DNA from: Chiloscyllium plagiosum
Taxonomy: Eukaryota
Assembly: GCF_004010195.1 (NCBI RefSeq)
Contig: NC_057719.1
Coordinates: 70,576,181-70,602,818, forward strand
DNA: 26,638 nucleotides
Direction: 5' to 3'
How positions within the stretch are numbered: position 1 is the stretch's first letter; each line of letters opens with the position of its first letter. The notes under the pieces were generated by a model, which was not told the DNA's origin, made no database searches, and worked only from the letters and a program-made list of their open reading frames with translations. Positions 20,471 to 26,638 of this stretch are shown one piece after another. The position numbers and the translations under genes are program-made.

Positions 20471-21708
20471 GTATATGGAGCTGAAAGAGTTAACACTGTG
20501 TACCATGAACACCTATGATGTTGTCATGAGGATATGTGGAGAGATTAACCAAAGGACTTTGGGGAAGTCAAATTCCTGGCCACATCCCCTTAACAGCCTT
20601 TGTAGTAATATATTGTATCTTTGTAGAAATATTTGCAGGATTGCAATAAACTATAGCTGGTTTACAACAAGAGACACTTTTATTCAAACTAGAGGGGTTA
20701 TCCAATAGTTAAGTTGGGTTCGGAGAAACATATGCCTGTTAAGGTATTGATGATAGCATATCCAATATAATGTAGTAGTGGTGACCTGAATGGAACCTGA
20801 AAACTGATCTGCCAACTCAAATAGCAGAGTGAGGAGCACTGTGAAAATCATCATTAGAGTTTTGAAGATCAGACAAATCTTGGAGGAAAAAGAAACTCCT
20901 GACAACACTCAATATTGAAAAATGTTTCAAAGAAGCACAAAGTATTTTGGACCTACTAAGAGGTACACTGAAACAGCAGAAACTTGTAATTCCAAGGCAG
21001 GGATGCAGGCTTCATTGTGAGGTGATAGTCTGTGGAAACGCTTCCAATTCTGAGTTCAATGGGTAAGTAAATGAACATGTAACATGTAAATAGTTGCAAG
21101 CTTTGTCTTGTTTACCACAGGTGATTTTTCTATTTAGACCAGAAGGCGACTATCCTTATGCACACTAGACCGCTTAGCTCCTGGAGAAATATACACCTGG
21201 AAGGCATTGATGGCAACATATACACTCATTTTCTTTATTCCTGTGCTTCACTCCTCATGAGTTGAATATCAATATGCTCTTTGCCTCCTTTATTGCTCAA
21301 TATACCTGTATGTTAACTTTTTGCAATCCTTGTATGAGCAAGTTAATGTTTTTGAGCTTCATTACACATGTAGATAAGAACCAAGGGAAACAAAGTGTTA
21401 GAAACACATATCTATTTATAGATTTTGAAAATTGTAAAATGGAAGGTTTGGACTAGTCCTGGGTTGCAAAGGATTTATTATTGATTCTTGACTTTATTCC
21501 AATAAATCACCTGTTGCTTCCAGGAAAAGCGAGTAATTTTACAAAGCAATGTCGGCAAAGATTTCAAAAGAAGGAGAGAGATCAGTTTTATGATCATAAT
21601 TGCGAGACAACAGGCTGAGTTTTTGAAGATGCCTTTTACTGAAGGTTGGAGCTGAAAATGTGTTGCTGGAAAAGCACAGCAGGTCAGGCAGCATCCATGG
21701 AGCAGGAG

Positions 21709-21744
21709 AATCGACGTTTCAGGCATGAGCCATTCGTCAGGAAT
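21709..21744 (-). ncRNA. Minimal type-I hammerhead ribozyme motif (core intact, stem II closing pair mutated)
   Basis: RC: attc-CTGACGA-a-tggc(tcat)gcct-GAAA-c-GTC-gatt. Confidence 0.7.
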
Positions 21745-21839
21745 GAGGAAAGTGTGCCCAGCAGGCTAAGGTAAAAGGTAGGGAGGAGGGACTTGGGGGA
21801 AGGGTGTTGGAAATGCAATAGGTGGAAGGAGGTTAAGGT

Positions 21840-22382
21840 NNNNNNNNNNNNNNNNNNNNNNNNNNNNNNNNNNNNNNNNNNNNNNNNNNNNNNNNNNNNN
21901 NNNNNNNNNNNNNNNNNNNNNNNNNNNNNNNNNNNNNNNNNNNNNNNNNNNNNNNNNNNNNNNNNNNNNNNNNNNNNNNNNNNNNNNNNNNNNNNNNNNN
22001 NNNNNNNNNNNNNNNNNNNNNNNNNNNNNNNNNNNNNNNNNNNNNNNNNNNNNNNNNNNNNNNNNNNNNNNNNNNNNNNNNNNNNNNNNNNNNNNNNNNN
22101 NNNNNNNNNNNNNNNNNNNNNNNNNNNNNNNNNNNNNNNNNNNNNNNNNNNNNNNNNNNNNNNNNNNNNNNNNNNNNNNNNNNNNNNNNNNNNNNNNNNN
22201 NNNNNNNNNNNNNNNNNNNNNNNNNNNNNNNNNNNNNNNNNNNNNNNNNNNNNNNNNNNNNNNNNNNNNNNNNNNNNNNNNNNNNNNNNNNNNNNNNNNN
22301 NNNNNNNNNNNNNNNNNNNNNNNNNNNNNNNNNNNNNNNNNNNNNNNNNNNNNNNNNNNNNNNNNNNNNNNNNNNNNNNNNN
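21840..22382. other. Assembly gap (543 N)
   Basis: Run of N read directly. Confidence 1.
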
Positions 22383-22827
22383 GGTGGAGAGCATCGTCGA
22401 TCACGTCTGGGGGGAAATTGAGGTCTTTGAAGAAGGAGGCCATCTGGGTTGTACGGTATTGGAACTGGTCCTCTTGGGAGCAGATGCAGCAGAGACAAAG
22501 GAATTGGGAGTATGGGATTGCGTTTTTACAGGGGGCAGGGTGGGAGGAGGTGTACTCTAGGTAGCTGTGGAAGTTGGTCGGTTTATAGTAAATGTCCGTG
22601 TTGATTTGGTCGCCCAAGATAGAAATGGAGAGGTCTAAGAAGGGGACGGAGGAGTCTGAGACGGTCCAGGTAAATTTGAGGTCGGGGTGGAAGGTGTTAG
22701 TAAAGTGGATAAACAGTTTAACCTCCTCGTGGGAGCACGAGGCAGCGCCGATCCAGTCATCGATATAGCGGAGGAAAATGTGAGGGGTGATGCCAGTGTA
22801 GCTGCGGAAGATGGACTGTTCCACATA
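22383..22827 (-). pseudogene. PLE reverse transcriptase, C-terminal palm + thumb (open frame, no own start)
   Basis: YVEQSIF..FLRYIDDWIG (YIDD at 22756-22767)..FHPDLKFT..VPFLDLSI..TDIYYKPT..SYLEYTSSHP..CKNAIPYSQF...ICS. No stop before the gap. The N-terminal MLRDNLQ of the ORF track is flanking DNA. Confidence 0.92.
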
Positions 22828-23349
22828 CTGAAGGTTGTCTCGCAACATTCACTGGACTTTTGTTTTTTTTTGCCACAGACCTTGGAGCTGAAAGCTGCAA
22901 ATTGTTTCCCCTGAAAAGTGGGATTTGGAAGAAAGGTGGTATATTCTAGAGAGATTTGCAAGGAAAGGATCTTTCTCTTTGATTCTCTCCCTCTCTCTCT
23001 CCCTCTCTTTTTTGATGTCTTTACCCATAATGCATCTGCAGGATCTTTGCCTTGCCTTAACTGTGTATGCCTGTGTTGTGTTGGAACAAAGGGAGATGCA
23101 GTTTAATCTTGCGTCCTGCAGACTAAGTTGATAACTTGATTTGCCCTGTATCATAATAAATAAGTGTTATGTTTGAGTTTATTGAAGAAATCTAGTGAAA
23201 ATCTGTTCAGTTTTAGCTGACAGTAATAGTGAGTTAAATTGACCAGTTTGATAATTAAAACTAAGATTGTTCACACTTTTGGTTTGATTTGTGGAGTAAG
23301 GGGACTTGATTTCCATTGCTGTCTTGTCAGTTATAGTTGTCCCATTAGA

Positions 23350-24450
23350 TATCAGTTATTAGCACAATGTGAAAGGGATCAGTAGTGGTCCCCAATCATC
23401 TTGTAAAAAAGCCAGAACAGATTCTTTGAACAACAAACAAAATTGTTATATATTGGTGGACCAGATAGCATTTAGATCTTTAGAGAAAAGAAGAATACAT
23501 GGCTAGTAAGCAATTTGATTCCTGTGAGAGTCGGAGGCAGATATTATGCTGGATAAAGAACTGGTTGCATCTGAATAGATAGGCAAACGAGCTTCTTCAC
23601 TTTGTCTGGTCACTTTAAGTCTTGTAGAGATCTGATTAAGGGGCCATGCTCTTCATTTGTTATCCGCTTTCAGGATTAAAATGTCAAGTAGACAAACCAC
23701 ATGTCTGGAGATGACACATTTCTGAACATGTGAGTGCCCTAATGCAACGTGGAATGGGTTCACATCTAGCAGATCTTTTATATGAACAAACGTATGATTA
23801 GGGGCAAATCCAAGCTTATATGCACACAAGGTTGTGTACTCAATGGTACTGAGCAGAAGGATTTGAGGGCTATAATGGATGACTCAGTAAATGTCAAAGC
23901 TAGTGCCAAAAAGTTGGTCTGACCATGAATAAGATGTTAGGACATATTTCTAGAATAATTAAATATACAAATCCGAACAGTGTTTCCTGTTTTATGAGGC
24001 TTTAGTTAGGCCCAAACTAGTACATTATGCTCAGTTTTGGGTTCCTCAGCTGGAATGTGATATGTAGACCCTGGGAAATGTTCAGAGGATGATGGCCTGT
24101 GAATGTTCTGCTGATGGCCTTTAATTATCAATATAGACTTATTGGGAAAAGTGCAGAATTCAATAGATAGAATTTACACTTGTAAAGTAATGAAATTAAC
24201 ATTGGTCCAACTGGAAAGACTAGCTTGGCATGACAACTTGAGGGCAAGAATCTACATGTCAGTTTTATAAAAGCAGTGTACTAGTTTTTGTTGCTTGAGG
24301 GTATTTCTTTTTAGAGTTAATAACATTTGGCATACTTTCTTTGTATTGATGATAAGTACGCATTCGCTACAAGAAATGAAAGGGAGCCAAATAAATTGCT
24401 GAGGGTGATTGAGAGTCAATGGGTCACTATGGTCTCTTGGAACATTGATC
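23350..24450 (+). mobile_element. Very old CR1 RT/3' fragment
   Basis: WIKNWL, GDDT, EQKDLRAIMDDS, NKMLGHISRIIKY, YEALVRPKLVHYAQFWVPQ, LGNVQR. Boundaries approximate. Confidence 0.7.
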
Positions 24451-25443
24451 ATCTTTGAGTGTTGGGAATTTGCCAGTGTCTTTTTTCCTCTTGTTTTCAA
24501 TCTATGCCAAGATTACCTTATTGTGCTGTGTGGAAGTTGACTACACTAAGGTGGGACAAACCCAATGATTTCCTGACTGTTTTTTTTCATATTTGAATAT
24601 TTGTGGAACCATTTATGTGTAAACTATTGTTACTTTTTCCTATCAACAGTAGCTAGATTTCAAAGTAAAGCATTTTGGAATCCACTGAGTAGCTAATAAC
24701 GTGCAATATAAATGCAAATTTGTTATCTTTACCAAATAAAGAGGTAATTTTGTTTGCTACATTGTTCCATCATAGTTGACAATTCACTTAATTTGCTGTT
24801 GTATTTAGCAATGAACCCAATTACCCTTGACCACATTACTAAACTAATTTCAAATCTTCAAATGGAAGCCCCATCAAAGAATTGTTGTCAAAAGGCAACT
24901 TGCCAGGCAATGAATGATTTAAGATTGGCTTTGAGATACCTTAAATGAAAAGGAACTAAAAAAAATTATTTCAACAGACAGATGCTCTGTATTTCACCCT
25001 TGAAACAGTTCAGCATCTACTAATGTGTCTTTGCTATCACTTTTTCACAGTGGCAGCAGAGGCCAACTTTTCTTATGTCTTATGTCAAAAATACATAATA
25101 GGAATCACAATTTGTTTTGTGGCCAAACATCCCTCGTCTGTCAATTCACTCTTAGGTGGTAAAATAACTGGTAATATTGTGGTGCTCCTTTCCTTCCTCA
25201 AGAGGAATGCACTCCTTCAGCATCAAATACAGATCATATTTTGTTTTTATATTGAGTTATTGAAATGCAGACCAGCAAATAGGCACTCCCCAATGCAGAA
25301 CATGACAGAGTCTCTTAAGGCAAGTGGAAGATATTGGACAGAGATGACATGATGGAGAATTCTATCCATCCTTTATCTGAAAAATTAACAGGAGTAAGCA
25401 GAAAGCCAAGGTTATTATATCTAAAAGAGGTTTTTAACTGATG

Positions 25444-25728
25444 TCAAATTAGAGAGTGCAGGTTTAAAGTGAGAGGGGAAACATTTAAAAGGGATCTGAG
25501 GAATAACTTTTTCATGCGGAAGGTGATGCATGTATGGAACGAGCTGCCAGAAGAAGATGGGTACAGTGACAACATTAAAAAGGCATCTGGATGGGTATAT
25601 GCATAGGAAGAGTTTAGAAGGATGTGGGCCAATTGCTGGCAAATGGGAACAGGTCAGGTTGGGATGTCTGGTCAGCACGGTTGAGTTGGACTAAAGGGTC
25701 TGTTTCTGTGCTGTATGACTCTATAACT
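25444..25728 (+). mobile_element. CR1 (HER1-like) LINE 3' end
   Basis: RFKVRGETFKRDLRNNFFMRKVMHVWNELPEE..KRHLDGYM, plus a 3' UTR ending gggtctgtttctgtgctgtatgactctataac. Confidence 0.9.
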
Positions 25729-26487
25729 AAGGTTGCCACTGCAGTATGGCACTGATAATTTTGAGTACTGATTTTTAAATTGCTAGCAACAGTCTCAAAA
25801 TTACATGAAATTACATAGCTGGATCATAACATACAGCGATGCTTTCCATTATTATAAACTTACATTCTTTCAGTAATAAATGAGTTTATAATTCTTTAGC
25901 TTGTCTCTATTTGGAAATGTATCTTGTGTAAATATTCTTTGGAGTTCTCTAACTTTAATTCATTTATATTGCATTTTTAAAATTATAGTTAATAATTTAC
26001 CTTCTGACTTCAGAAGACAATATGGAAGGCAATGTTTCAAAAATAAATACATCAGCAGCTTAATTAAAGTACTATGACAGGTCAATTTAATGCATTATGT
26101 CTTTCATTATCATAAGAACATTAATATTTCCAACAGCTAATATGGTTAAGATGCCACATTGTTTGCATGCTAGTTAACCTCCGCTCCTCTTGAAGTTTAA
26201 AATTTCTGAACTGTACTCAAAATCTAAGTTCAGTTACCCTCTGATCTATGAAGAGAATAGTTTTTGGAAATTTAAAATAAACTATTTAGATGAGTATAAT
26301 AACTCACCTCCTGCCTCTGTCCTTCATCTACGAAGCACATGTCAAGACTGTGCTAGAACGCTCTCCACTACTTCATCTTGTTTGATGTAGTTTCAACAAC
26401 ATTTAACAAAGAGGTTGTTTAATTGGCATTTCATCCACCATATTCTACATTCATTTCCTTTACCACAGATGTATTGTAACAGCAAGA

Positions 26488-26638
26488 TGAGGGAGTGTGC
26501 ACTGACAGAGGGTCAGTACTGAGGGAGTGCTGCACTGACAGAGGGTCAGTACTGAGGGAGTGCTGCACTCTCAAAGGGTCAGTACTGAGGGAGTGGTGCA
26601 CTGTCGGAGGGTCAGTACTGAGGGAGTGGTGCACTGTC
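26488..26638. repeat. 33-bp minisatellite, ~4.5 copies, continuing beyond the window
   Basis: Unit gagggagtgctgcactgacagagggtcagtact starts at 26489, 26521, 26554, 26587 and 26620 (first unit 32 bp). Confidence 0.95.

Larger units (their letters stand above)
21649..22825 (-). mobile_element. 5'-truncated Penelope-like retroelement (Neptune-like) with 12-bp TSD
   Basis: TSD tactgaaggttg at 21637-21648 and 22826-22837. Contains the RT frame, an assembly gap, and a pLTR with a hammerhead. Confidence 0.92.
21396..23340 (+). mobile_element. Possible decayed solo LTR hosting the PLE insertion
   Basis: TG start (tgttagaaa), internal aataaa (~23155) and general resemblance to shark Gypsy-type LTRs. 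No intact CA end or TSD seen. Confidence 0.25.

Noticed and set aside
21684..22560. Long ORFs of 221-255 aa in the ORF track
   Set aside because: They are artefacts of translating through the N gap. Only the RT frame 22383-22827(-) is real.
25030..25400. Further very old SINE relics (also ~10575-10830 and ~210-320)
   Set aside because: Only short scattered motif matches, which cannot be supported without a profile search.
26302..26360. Possible 45-nt minus-strand exon (HSLDMCFVDEGQRQE) ending at a GTGAGT donor
   Set aside because: The acceptor lacks a pyrimidine tract, longer versions have stops in all frames, and I recognise no protein similarity.
26488..26638. CRISPR-like array or repeat protein (ORF 26431-26634)
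   Set aside because: Units are head-to-tail with no unique spacers, there are no cas genes, and the context is vertebrate. The ORF arises only because 33 is divisible by 3.

Overview
Non-coding, repeat-dense vertebrate DNA. The repeat families (HE1-type V-SINE, CR1/HER1-like LINEs, a 33-bp minisatellite) point to an elasmobranch (shark) genome, which is an inference. I find no supportable host gene or exon, and almost all ORF-track entries are spurious or decayed transposon frames. The window holds: (1) seven Penelope-like element (PLE) insertions from about four families. Each carries a complete, decayed or truncated minimal type-I hammerhead ribozyme motif (CUGANGA / stem II / GAAA / palindromic mini-stem III / NUH), four have ~12-14 bp target-site duplications (one imperfect), and one retains an open RT frame (RYIDD) running into a 543-N assembly gap. 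(2) Many CR1-group LINE fragments, including an old CR1 whose endonuclease frame rejoins exactly once a 900-bp composite insert (PLE end + unique DNA + CR1 tail) is removed. (3) PIF/Harbinger fossils: two intron-containing Myb/SANT genes and two transposase remnants, one reconstructable across a LINE and a SINE insertion. (4) An HE1 SINE, a Deu-domain-like SINE relic and a minisatellite at the right edge. (5) Local rearrangement signatures: a templated 56-bp exact duplication, a perfected palindrome and a stuttered TSD. PLE hammerheads are a known class. The less-explained signals are the clustering of truncation/inversion points at the ribozyme and the apparent single-event chimeric insertion. 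Family names come from recalled motifs, not from a database search.
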